54,099 nt of DNA from Macrostomum lignano (Eukaryota): NCBI GenBank assembly GCA_002269645.1, contig NIVC01004227.1, positions 1-54,099 of the forward strand. Reading direction: 5' to 3'. The translations under genes and the position numbers were made by a program. Shown here one piece after another: positions 43,564 to 54,099 of the stretch. A model generated the notes under the pieces. The model did no database searches, was not told where the DNA came from, and saw nothing but the letters and a program-made list of their open reading frames with translations. Position 1 is the stretch's first letter. Each line of letters starts with the position of its first letter.

Positions 43564-46081
43564 ATGAGCGCCAGTACACGCGGCAAGTACGAGGTCGACG
43601 GAGACAAGGAAGCCCCGAAGGGTCGCTTCAGCTTCATGTACGACTCAAACGCCGGGACTTGCTTCGGCCGCACGCCCAGGTCTTGGCTGCTGATCACCAT
43701 ATTTTACACCATCTATTACGCCTGTCTGGCCGGCTTCTTCGCCGGAATGCTCTCCGTGTTCCTGTTCGGCGTCATTCAGGACGAAAGGCCTCATCTCACT
43801 GGTGAGCCGTTCGTGCTTTGAGGAGTGGGGAGAGTCTCTGCCTACGGAGTCAGACCAACAGACAGGGTCATGGGGTCCATTCGCAAACCCGAACTTCATC
43901 ACATTCCCCAAGTCTCGTGAGCTCATGAACCCCAAACTTCACATTCCCCAAGTCTCGTGAACTCATGAACCCCAAAGGTTACATTCCCCAAGTCTCGTGA
44001 ACTCATGAACCCCAAGTTTATATTCCCCAAGTCTCGTGAACTCAAGAGCCCCAAAGTTCCCCAAGTCTCGTGAACTCAAGAGCCCCAAAGTTCCCTAAGT
44101 TTCGTGAGCTCATGAACCCCAAAGTTCCCTAAGTCTCATGAACTCATGAACCCCAAACTTCACATTCCCCAAGTCTCGTGAACTCATGAACCCCAAACTT
44201 CACATTCCCCAAGTCTCGTGAACTCATGAACCCCAAAGTTTACATTCCCCAAGTCTCGTGAACTCATGAACCCCAAAGTTTACATTCCCCAAGTCTCGTG
44301 AACTCATGAACCCCAAACTTCACATTCCCCAAGTCTCGTGAGCACATGAACCCCAAACTTCACATTCCCCAAGTCTCGTGAGCTCATGAACCCCAAACTT
44401 CACATTCCCCAAGTCTCGTGAGCTCATGAACCCCAAACTTCACATTCCCCAAGTCTCGTGAACTCATGAACCCCAAACTTCACATTCCCCAAGTCTCGTG
44501 AGCTCATGAACCCCAAACTTCACATTCCCCAAGTCTCGTGAACTCATGAGCCCCAAAGTAATGCACCAAAATGCATTTTGATTTCAGGCGATCAGTCGCT
44601 GCTGAGGCTCAACCCTGGCATGGGATTCCGGCCCCAGCCCCAGCCGGAGAGCTCTGTAATTAAATTCACCGCTGAAAAAACGCTACCTACCAGAGTACGT
44701 GAGCAACCTGGAGGCATTGTATAAGGAGTACAAGAAAGCCGTCGAACCGATTAACCTGCGCGAGTGCGGCGATAATGCCACTGATGTGGATCCGACTAAG
44801 GTGTGCGCATTCGATTGGGACAAACAGATGCCCGACTGTGTGCCTGAAAACAGGTTCGTTGCTAATAGTTCATTTTGCAGGCCATAATTAACAGTTCTGC
44901 TTTGTTTAAAACTCAATTCAAGAGACTGTAAACAGCGCTGAATGGGATTTCGCCATAGACGAAAACCAGTCGTAAAAATCAGATTTCTCGATTTCTCGAG
45001 AGCACACTAAATGCACTGGCGATATTACAAATGTACAAGAGGTGTTCAGATTTGTTTTATTGAAGCGTAAAATCTCATAGCAATACTATGTGCATTGCAA
45101 AACTGTACCCAAGAAATTTTGTGAGACAATTGCAAATGGCACACGCTCGTGTTGGTGCCAAAATGCATTTTGGGTATGTCTTGATTAAAGTCAGCTAATA
45201 AGTGAATAAATTATTGAATCAATATTTACTGCTTTTCTACTGCTTCTCAATAGACTGTTGCATGTACGCATTTGGGCCGTAGACAAAAACCATAGACAAT
45301 AGCCATAGACAATAGCCATAGACAATAGCCATAGACAATAGCCATAGACATAAGCCATAGACATAAGCCATAGACATAAGCCGTAGACCCCTCTGCAAAC
45401 TTCAAAATCGTGTTAAAAATTAAGTAGCAGGCGCATAGTATTGCTGTGAGATTTTATTCTTCAATAAAACAAACGTGAAAGAGAATGTAGGTAAAATTTT
45501 GACATATTTAAACAATCCTGCTGTTCAAAGGGAACACTGTCCGGAAACTTTTGCAACACCCTTCGTACATTTGTTACCGGCTTCAAGCTCATTTCTAAGA
45601 CAATCTAGTGTACCGTCCTTCTATCCATGGATGCGTCCTCTTACCATAAATGGTCTCTTTTTTTATTCATATGCTATGTACAATTGCTTCCAGATTCGGC
45701 TATGCGGGTGGCAGGCCCTGCGTCGTGCTCAAGCTCAACCGCATCTTCGGCTGGCTGCCCGACCCGATCGACCCCGCTGTGCCGCACCCCATAGTGCGCT
45801 GTGTCGGCGAGAACCCAGCCGATAACGAGAACCTCGGCCAGCCGGACTATCAGCCAAGCCTGGGGGCCAATGGCACCTCTAGCGGCTACTTCAGCCAAGA
45901 ATACTTCCCTTACCTGAAGCAGGTGGACTACCGGTCCCCTCTGGTAGCCGTCGTATTTAAAAATCTGCCAAGAAACACCCTGGTGATGGTGGAGTGCCGG
46001 CTGGAGAATTTGAACAACGCGGTGTACGACAAGGCCGACCGGCAGGCCATGGTTCGATTCGACATGTTCATGCAGGAATGA
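43564..46081 (+). CDS. ATP1B-like: Na+/K+-transporting ATPase beta subunit (~297 aa), with an apparent frameshift in exon 2
   Basis: Exons 43564-43801, 44588-44853, 45694-46081. Motifs CFGRTPRSWLLITIFYTIYYACLAGFF, LNPGMGFRP, CAFD...C..ENRFGYAGGRPCVVLKLNRIFGWLP, YFPY..QVDYRSPLVAV.F, VECR. The frame breaks at ~44675-44695. Confidence 0.88.
43890..44560. repeat. Tandem satellite, 40-bp unit (CTTCACATTCCCCAAGTCTCGTGAACTCATGAACCCCAAA), ~17 copies, in ATP1B-like intron 1
   Basis: Direct periodicity. Confidence 0.95.
45286..45390. repeat. Short tandem repeat, 13-bp unit (AGCCATAGACAAT/CATA), ~8 copies
   Basis: Direct periodicity. Confidence 0.88.
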
Positions 46082-46942
46082 GGCATCCCAGAGCTGCTAA
46101 CTGAGGAACTCATATTTAGTATATAGGATAGTATCTAAGCAGGCTGAGACCGATGTTTTTGCTGAATTGGAGATGGCGTCACCACCAGGAAGTCGCAAAT
46201 TATCAATTGAAGGTTTTAGCTATTTGTATCGTTGCTTAAATTTTTGCATACTGCAGCACTAGCAATGCTTAGCCCCAGCTTACTACAATTCACTTATATT
46301 TTCTCTTCTGGCATGACTCTTCTTTAATATCTTAGATCTTTGGAAAACTTTTGCTTTGTCGCGTGCCGTACAATAATAGTCTGTCTTTTGTTTTGGTTCT
46401 CAAATCGGGCGGGTCTGTGCAATATCCTGTCTGAAATTTCAAAGCTATAAGAGTTTTTTGCCGTGGCAATCATTTCTGAATAGCTGTGCCAACTGTTTGA
46501 CAGATGAGCGATAGCTCAACCGTGAAATAAAAAATGCAAAAAAATTAGGTCTATTATCAATTTATTGTTATCTGCAATGTTTTGCAACAAGCTGCAATAA
46601 GAATTGAAATAAATTTCCAAGGATTCGGTTTGATTTCTTTTTCGAAATTTGCGCAAAAAACCCTATTCTCCTACTTACATGTAACATAGTAATCTTAAGC
46701 GCAACTTAAGTAGTTCACCCAGTTTTCATCAGCATCCTTTCTTGAGACGCTAGCCTAAAATATCCTGGCATATCTTGATTCTGTCTGTGGCACTGAGCTG
46801 CTAACAAGCCGCCTTGACTACAACAATAAGCAAACAATAAGCAAACAAAAGCCATCAGAAAGCAATACATCAGAAGTACGAACACGATAAGCATTTCTCC
46901 CGCGTTGAGTCAAGTTCGACTCCTCATCCGGCCTTAATCAGA

Positions 46943-49015
46943 ATGTTAGCAACTTTGCCGAGGGCCTTGAACAGCCGCAGAAATTGCCTCCGGCTGCGGT
47001 GCCGCTGCATGCGCACCCTCATCTCCAGCCTGCTGTCGCCGCTTGCCCATGCCATGTCAATGCTGGTGATCACAATGACCCTGCTGCTCACTGTTGGAGA
47101 CCTGATAGCCAGGCTTGAAAACTTCGGCATCAGGGCGCGCAACGACTCGATGCAGTTCGCAATACATCTGGTGACTCGGAGTAACCTCAGCCAGAAGAGG
47201 CTTGTCGAGCAGCTGGGCAAATGGAGTCAACAAACCCGATGGAACACCGAGGAGGGCGTCTATTTTACTTTCTCTCTGCTGAGCACTATTGGTGAGCTGT
47301 TTGTGAACAATCGTCAAACTTGATTGATAATCGTCTGAACTGAGCATGATATTTTGGGACATACATGTATAGATCCCCTTGACTTAGCTGATCATCCTGT
47401 ATGTGTTGATGATCATCCTGTATGAGTTGATCATCCTATTGTATGAGTTGATCATCCTATATGAGTTGATCATCCTGTATGAGCTGATCATCCTGTATGA
47501 TTTGATCATCCTATTGTATGAGTTGATCATCCTGTATGAGTTGATCATCCTGTATGATTTGATGATCATCCTGCATGCATTGATCATCCTGTATGAGTTG
47601 ATCATCCTATTGTATGAGTTGATCATCCTGTATGAGTTGATCATCCTGTATGATTTGATGATCATCCTGTATGAATTGATCATCCTGTATGATTTGATGA
47701 TCATCCTGCATGAATTGATCATCCTGTATGAGTTGATCATCCTATTGTATGAGTTGATCATCCTGTATGAGTTGATCATCCTGTATGATTTGATGATCAT
47801 CCTGTATGAATTGATCATCCTGTATGATTTGATGATCATCCTGCATGAATTGATCATCCTGTATGAGTTGATCATCCTATTGTATGAGTTGATCATCCTG
47901 TATGAGTTGATCATCCTGTATGATTTGATGATCATCCTGCATGAATTGATCATCCTGTATGAGTTGATCATCCTATTGTATGAGTTGATCATCCTGTATG
48001 AGTTGATCATCCTGTATGATTTGATCATCCTATTGTATGAGTTGATCATCCTATTGTATGATTTGATCATCCTGTATGATTTGATCATCCTATTGTATGA
48101 TAGCGGAATGGGCGCCCGCGCCTTCCCGCTGTGTCCCCTCCGGGACAGCCCTGCAGCTAACCCCTATTGTATGAGTTGATCATCCTGTATGAGTTGATCA
48201 TCCTGTATGAGTTGATCATCCTGTATGAGTTGATCATCCTATTGTATGAGTTGATCATCCTGTATGAGTTGATCATCCTGTATGAGTTGATCATCCTGTG
48301 TGAGTTTATCTTTGGGCTCATGACCTTGTTCATGGATTTTCTGACTTCTTACGGAAAGGGCTGCAAGACTATCGTGTCATTATTAGTGAGTGGCCATCCG
48401 CATTAGGCAATTATTACTTCCAGTGGCTTAAATCCTCGTGTTTTGTGGCTGAATAGGCGGCGTGCAAGACGCTCACCTCAATTTCCAACCAATGTACAGG
48501 ATACGGCAAGTACTGCCCAATCACCAAAGCTGGCCGCTGGGTTAGCGGGATCTTCATCGCCCTATTCGTGCCCATCGGGGTGCTGTACGTTCAGAACCTG
48601 TCCAGCGTCTACCAGTCCATGCTCAGCCGCCTGCTCATTGAACTGCGACAGCGGCTGAGCTCTAGCCAGCGGCTAAGCCGTCTGATCTTCCCAAACGGCG
48701 ACGAAACGATCGTCGTGATCCCAATCACCATGCTGACGCTGGTGATGCAGGCCCACCTCATAGTTGCAATAGTTTTCCTCTGCATCATCGAGGATTGGAC
48801 ACCCATGCAGAGCCTCTATTTCCTTATCAGCACGGTGACCTCGATCGGATTTGGCGACTTCCACACCGGAACGCACAACCTCTCGTACGTGCTGGCCAGC
48901 ATTCTATTCCAGCTGCACTTATTTGCCCTGTTTATGCTTCTCATAAACTACTTGAACGACGCGCTGGAGTGGATTCTGCAGGCAGCTCAAGCGCCCAACC
49001 ATGCTTCAAATTCAG
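46943..49015 (+). CDS. KCNK-like: Two-pore-domain (K2P/TWK-type) potassium channel, divergent; 3' end uncertain
   Basis: Exons 46943-47291 and 48500-49015. Splicing reconstitutes pore 1 (YFTFSLLSTIG|YG..CPITKAGR). Pore 2 is W...SLYFLISTVTSIGFGDF. Four hydrophobic segments. After 49015 there is either intron read-through to the stop at 49062 or a third exon starting at 49062. Confidence 0.85.
47385..48300. repeat. Satellite of 18/21-bp units (ATCATCCTGTATGAGTTG and variants) with higher-order structure, in the K2P intron
   Basis: Direct periodicity; explains the MINSYR/LIILYE ORFs. Confidence 0.95.
48101..48162 (+). mobile_element. 62-bp mini-insertion consisting of a LINE-type 3' hairpin, inside the satellite
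   Basis: TAGCGGAATGGGCGCCCGCGCCTTCCCGCTGTG...CCCTGCAGCTAA resembles the LINE 3' ends at 2950-3012 and 38798-38848. Flanked by CCTATTGTATGA at 48089-48100 and 48163-48174. Confidence 0.65.
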
Positions 49016-49124
49016 GTAAGAAGTCGGGGTGCCTTCGCACAACGGGACTGCGCTGTTGCTAGTCCGCTGCCGCAAGTCACAGCGAGAGACGAGACAAGAA
49101 GTCGCGCTCATTTCGCTGAGCCCC

Positions 49125-49199
49125 GAGCACGTACTCGGACACATACACAGGCACTCGCTCACGCAGGGTGTACAACTCCCCACTGAGCTGCTCTGCCCC
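49125..49199 (-). mobile_element. SINE family 2 fragment (5' terminus fused to the middle of the element)
   Basis: rc reads GGGGCAGAGCAGCTCAGTGGGGAGTTGTACACCCTGCGTGAGCGAGTGCCTGTG. Confidence 0.55.
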
Positions 49200-49899
49200 T
49201 TCGACTGCACTGTTGCTTCCCACTGGCTGCATGTAGCCGACTGCAGAGTTACGGCACATTGTTTGACTTTGACTTTTGATACAAGTCAGTTAGTTGCCTT
49301 AACCAGTTCGCAGTTAAATGCGCCCCTGAAAGTGCTTTTTATGGCTTATTATGGCACTAAGGTCAGCCCGCATATTATAGTGAATGTTACATCAGACATT
49401 CGGTAGTCCACTAGAGATGCCTGCGCCGACCCACTGGGCTTGCAACTCTCTACAAACCAGAACATCTTTCTAAATTTCAGTGTTTCCTCGAAGCTCAACG
49501 CTAGCACCAATTCAGGACACTAGAGCATCCAGGGCCACTGTGGCTTCAGCATGACACCCAAATTCATCCAGCCGGATACTACCCGGAAATCCGATTGCAT
49601 CCCTCCACATCCGCGATCCACTTCTTGATCTACCAGGCCGAATAATCAGGAGTTGAATTTGATTCATTCTGCTGTTACCTTTGATTCCTTGCTTTCCATT
49701 CTGTCCAAACCAGCTGTGTTGCACTGCACTGCGAAAGTGCAGTGTGTGCTTGCTTCCTCGACAGCAAATTGTCCATTGCTCATAGTTGGCTTTCGTACAA
49801 TAAATTGAATCTGAGACATGGGTGACCTATACAGTTTTATGTAAATTACAATAAGTATGAGAAGCCAGTCTATTTTTTTCTGTGGATTTATCTCCTGTC

Positions 49900-50250
49900 T
49901 GCCCCACCCTTCTTGCCTGCCCCACCCCTATTGCCTGCCCCACCCCTCTTACTCCACCCCTACTACCCCCCTCCTACCCCCACCCCTCCTACCCCCACCC
50001 CTCCTACCCCCACCCCTCCTGCCCCACCCCTCCTACCCCCACCCTCCTGCCTGCCCCACTCCTGCCAGCCCCACTCCTCCTGCCTGCCCCACTCCTGCCT
50101 GCCCCACTCCTCCTGCCTGCCCCACTCCTGCCTGCCCCACTCCTGCCTGCCCCACTCCTGCCTGCCCCACTCCTCCTGCCTGCCCCACTCCTCCTGCCTG
50201 CCACCACCCCTCTTACCCCCACCCCTACTGCCTACCCCTACCCCACTCAA
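49900..50250. repeat. C-rich low-complexity tandem repeat (CCTGCCTGCCCCACT / CCTACCCCCACCCCT)
   Basis: Direct; the G-rich minus strand has many GGGG tracts. Confidence 0.92.
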
Positions 50251-50921
50251 GCCAACATCATATCGATTCTAATACGCTCGTAAGAACACAAAATTTGATT
50301 TCTAACCATCAAGAAAATGTGTGCTTGCATTAACAATGAATTAATCGTATTATTACTCAAGAATACATACGAGCCTCGTATCTAGAAGTTTTGTCAAACT
50401 CCATAATTAGACCTCAAGCCTCAAGCAAGTTCTCTATCTACAGAACGATTGAATCAGTTGGTGCAGCCATTTCTTGCTATTAATTTGCGCCTAGGCTTAA
50501 TTCTACGTTTGCCATTAATGACAGAGCCGTTTGTGTTGAATCAACTGAGGGCTTCAAGTCAAAGCGAATTATAGATTTAGTTAACCACACTTTGTGTTAT
50601 TGTGTCGCACTAGTAACTTCGTGTTTGGCTACAATTGTACTTTTGGGTGTTTTCCACATACATGGCAACTGCTGGTTTAGAGCAGGTGTAGCTGACTTGT
50701 TGCCTCGAGACAGAATTCCAAATTTTCCAGCGGCTTCATCAGTTTGAAGAAGCTGCGACTAATTTGATTATTCGATCGAAGGGGCGCAGCAGAGATTTTG
50801 AGGCTTATAGATTCGGTCGCAGCGCAGGGTGACCGGCTTCTGCCTAGATATGATCACATGCTTGCTGCTTTATTGGATTTCTGCAGCAAAACTGTTGCAT
50901 GCTTCTATGCCATAAATTCTG

Positions 50922-51210
50922 GAATCTACCCGGATACTGTCTGGAGTCCACCCGGATACTGTCTGGAGTCTACCCGGATACTGTCTGGAGTCTACCCGGA
51001 TACTGTCTGGAGTCCACCCGGATACTGTCTGGAGTCTACCCGGATACTGTCTGGAGTCTACCCGGATACTGTCTGGAACCTACTAGGATACTGTCTAGAG
51101 CCTACCCGGATACTGTCTAGAACCTACCCAGATACTGTCTAGAACCTACCCGGATACTGTCTGGAATCTAGGAAGATACTGTCTGGAGTCTACCCGGACA
51201 CTGTCTGGAA
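50922..51210. repeat. Tandem satellite, 22-bp unit (TACCCGGATACTGTCTGGAGTC), ~13 copies
   Basis: Direct periodicity. Confidence 0.94.
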
Positions 51211-54099
51211 TTTCTCTTTCTCGCTATCTACTATCTATTGCCAGGACCTGCACCGGAGCGGTTACGAAAATTAGATTTCTCGGTAGTTGCACGCACTCTT
51301 TTGCACTACTTGAGTAGTCTGATTTTCGTTCGGCATGGCTGGTTCCAGCAGGTAGTTCCTCTGGATAAAAGCGCTTACCGCGCCCATTGGCTTTCCAGCT
51401 GCCTTAATCGTTTCCGGTGATCTTGTGTGCGTGCTTTTAGCTTGATTGGCTGCGGCAAGCAAGCTCGAAAGAGCTCGCTTCGCTCGCTCTTTCTCGCTAT
51501 CTACTATCTATCTATCTATTTATCTATCTATCAGGTTATCTACAATATCTAGCCTTAGAAAAGTTTGCCAAAACCGGTAATACACTGTTTGCACTATTAA
51601 AAGGCCACAGCTACCCTTGCATAATTTTTACTTCTCAGTCGTAGTTGCTGGGAAGCAGCTTAAAAAATCAGAATGTTAAAACCATCGAGTTTAATTTTAG
51701 TCTCAATAGGTAAAAAAGCCACTAAAAGACTCTTCATCTGAGCTGCCCGACTGCCATGTTGCATCAGCCGGTTCAAGCTAATTAAGGAGCACGCGGGGAA
51801 AGACAGACATTACGCTAACCGGAGCCGCTAGCTGCAGCCCCGCTGTCATTTTTCTTTAAGTTAGCCAGCAGGAGGCTGACAGCAGGGTCGGGACCGGTTT
51901 GAGAGACACTTAAGCAGTCGGCGGAGACACTGCCAACGTCAAGTGGCCGCCTCTCCGCCCGCCAGGAACTCTCCTCTTCTCCTTCGATCTGCTCCCCTGA
52001 GCTGCGGGGGGTCGGGAACTTTTAGCCCGCTTTAGACAGCTGAGCACTAGCGCGAGCTTGAGGTGGGCTGCAGCATCAAAAACTTTCCTCATCGAGCCAC
52101 TTCATGCTCAGCCTCTGCATCGCGTGCGTTCCCCTCTCTCCCGTCTCCTGTTTCTCTTCCTTTTCCTGATTCCATCTGTCCTGGCTTGCTTGTCGCCTCA
52201 AAGCTGCCAACAAGTCTTCTTGTCTTTGAGACACTTCACGCATCCCTCGTCTGCTTTGCCGTCTCGGCTGCTTGTAATTTCTTCTCGGCCCTTTATTTCC
52301 TGAATGCTCAAGCCTGTCTAGTTCGAGTAGCTACTTGTCTGAATCCGACTGGGTCTCGTGTGCCTCTTCGTGCCCGTGTCTATATTTCCCTGATGCTGGT
52401 TGCCGCCACACCCTGTAACCCTACTTCATTGCCAAACTGATCTTGGCTGCAAAATCCTATACACTTCGCACCGCACGCACACACCTGCTACGCCTACTTT
52501 AAGCCAACTGATACTCCTTGTAGAGCACAATCGATATATGGCAATTTTATTCGCAATTTTTTTGTTCAGGAAGTAAGGTGTCAGATTTTTCCTCCTTCTG
52601 CTACAGTCCCGACACGATGCCTTGCTGTGGTATTGTTACGTTATAGGCACTCTGCATGTAGACGGAGGCACCCTCGCTTCCAGTCACGTGACTTCTGCGG
52701 CCGGAGAGCATATCCAGGGTCCAAGGGGAAGTCGGCTGTAGTTGCGCCCGATGTTTAGGCCATAGACATTCTAGTTCACTATCCGATTTATACACTTGGT
52801 CTATGAAACCGTCGCACTTGTAACTCTTGTCGCTTGTGCCTGTTTACTTGTAATTTGCGAAATGTATCAAACACCACGCCGTAGCGCAAAAACCCGGGTT
52901 CAGACCATAGACTGTGGCTTCTGTTGCTCCTCAAGCGTTATCACTTAAATAAAAGCACCTGAAAAGCTTTAAAATCAGTCGGACATGGTCTCGGAGACTG
53001 CCGCTCAATACACTTGCGAATTCTGGAATGACACATCTCCAGTCTAGAATCTGTGATTCGAACTTTCAAAAAGGTCTCTGCAATATTCATGCTGCATCTC
53101 ATTGCATTTGTTGTTGAGTCTATTGTATAGAAATAAATATCGATGCATTGACAAGTTCTTTTAACTTTTAACTTGTTTAGCTTGGCAACCCGCGAAAATA
53201 GCGAGAAATACTAGGCTTAGTCCCTAAATATTCATCTGGCTAGAGATTATCAGGCCAATTCTATGCACTGTTTTTTTCTGTCAATCAGCCTCTGATGATG
53301 ATGGTGATAAATCAACCTCTAAAAATGACTAGATAAAACAGTGTTTATCCGTTATGTTATCTTCATTCATTTTTCTCTAAATGCAGCAAGAATGCTTCAA
53401 AGCCGTTCGTAGCTGGAAAGCACATTTTGCCGCATCAAAATGATGGCAGGCAGGCAGCCTCTAAAAGCTGGCTTTGGCGCTGGCGTGCTGCAAAAATGCT
53501 ATTCTGGATTTTGTTAGCTGGCTGAATTCCGGCTGGGTGGTGCTGGCCGGTTGAAGCGCACTGATGTTTCAGGAATGCGGGAATTCGCCACTTCCTGACA
53601 GGTGCGCGCGATAGGACTCCAATCATCGCCACAATGCATTCTCTAGTTGCTGAACAGCACTCACACTGTCATCGCGATAGTCTATAAAAGTACATCAACT
53701 TAAACGCGGTGTAGTTTAATGTACTAATAATTTGTCTCACGACAGTGTAACGTGGTAGAGTACCTGACATGGTGGGAGCATAAAATTCAAGGCAATTTCT
53801 GGAAGCTAGCAGGGCTGTGAGTTTCAGGACTCATCCACTCCCGTGAAATTTCCGCCAGAGTTCCTGAAATGCCGCGCTAGAGTTCATCTGCATATCTCAG
53901 TGGCAGTTCACAAGCAAAGCGCACTGCGGCTGACTGTCCAGCTAGAAGCACCTTAGTGGCACCCCGGCAGAGCAAAATGCATGTTATTTTCCGCGAAACT
54001 AGACCAGTCTTGACATGATACGCTTGTACTTCCGTTACGTCACGCCTTACAAAAGCTGGAACACGGCCAAGCTAATTAGTCTATATAGTAGTGCGCTCG

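Overview
This is eukaryotic (metazoan) genomic DNA. It has spliceosomal GT-AG introns, GC-rich exons, AT-rich intergenic DNA and many tandem satellites. The style resembles a free-living flatworm such as Macrostomum, but that is an impression and was not tested. Protein genes: (1) a divergent IP3-receptor-family Ca2+ release channel on the minus strand, for which I reconstructed 40 phase-consistent exons from 21745 to 684 (~2190 aa); its pore exons lie beyond the left edge. (2) An intronless 136-aa orphan ORF with a cupin-like motif. (3) A DLG-type MAGUK reduced to PDZ3-SH3-GK. (4) An intronless LSm7. (5) A Na+/K+-ATPase beta gene with a frameshift in exon 2, preceded by a decayed exon-1 paralog. 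(6) A divergent two-pore-domain K+ channel. There are also tRNA-Met(CAT) and tRNA-Ala(TGC) genes. Repeats: a LOA/I-type LINE with RNase H, two tRNA-derived SINE families, about a dozen satellites and a foldback-type DNA element. The most original structure is in the repeats. A foldback element with satellite arms is nested inside a 68-bp mini-retroposon. A ~950-bp satellite has grown between the A and B boxes of a SINE. One conserved 3' hairpin is shared by the LINE, SINE family 2 and the mini-insertions. All alignments were done by eye from memory of the families; no searches were run.
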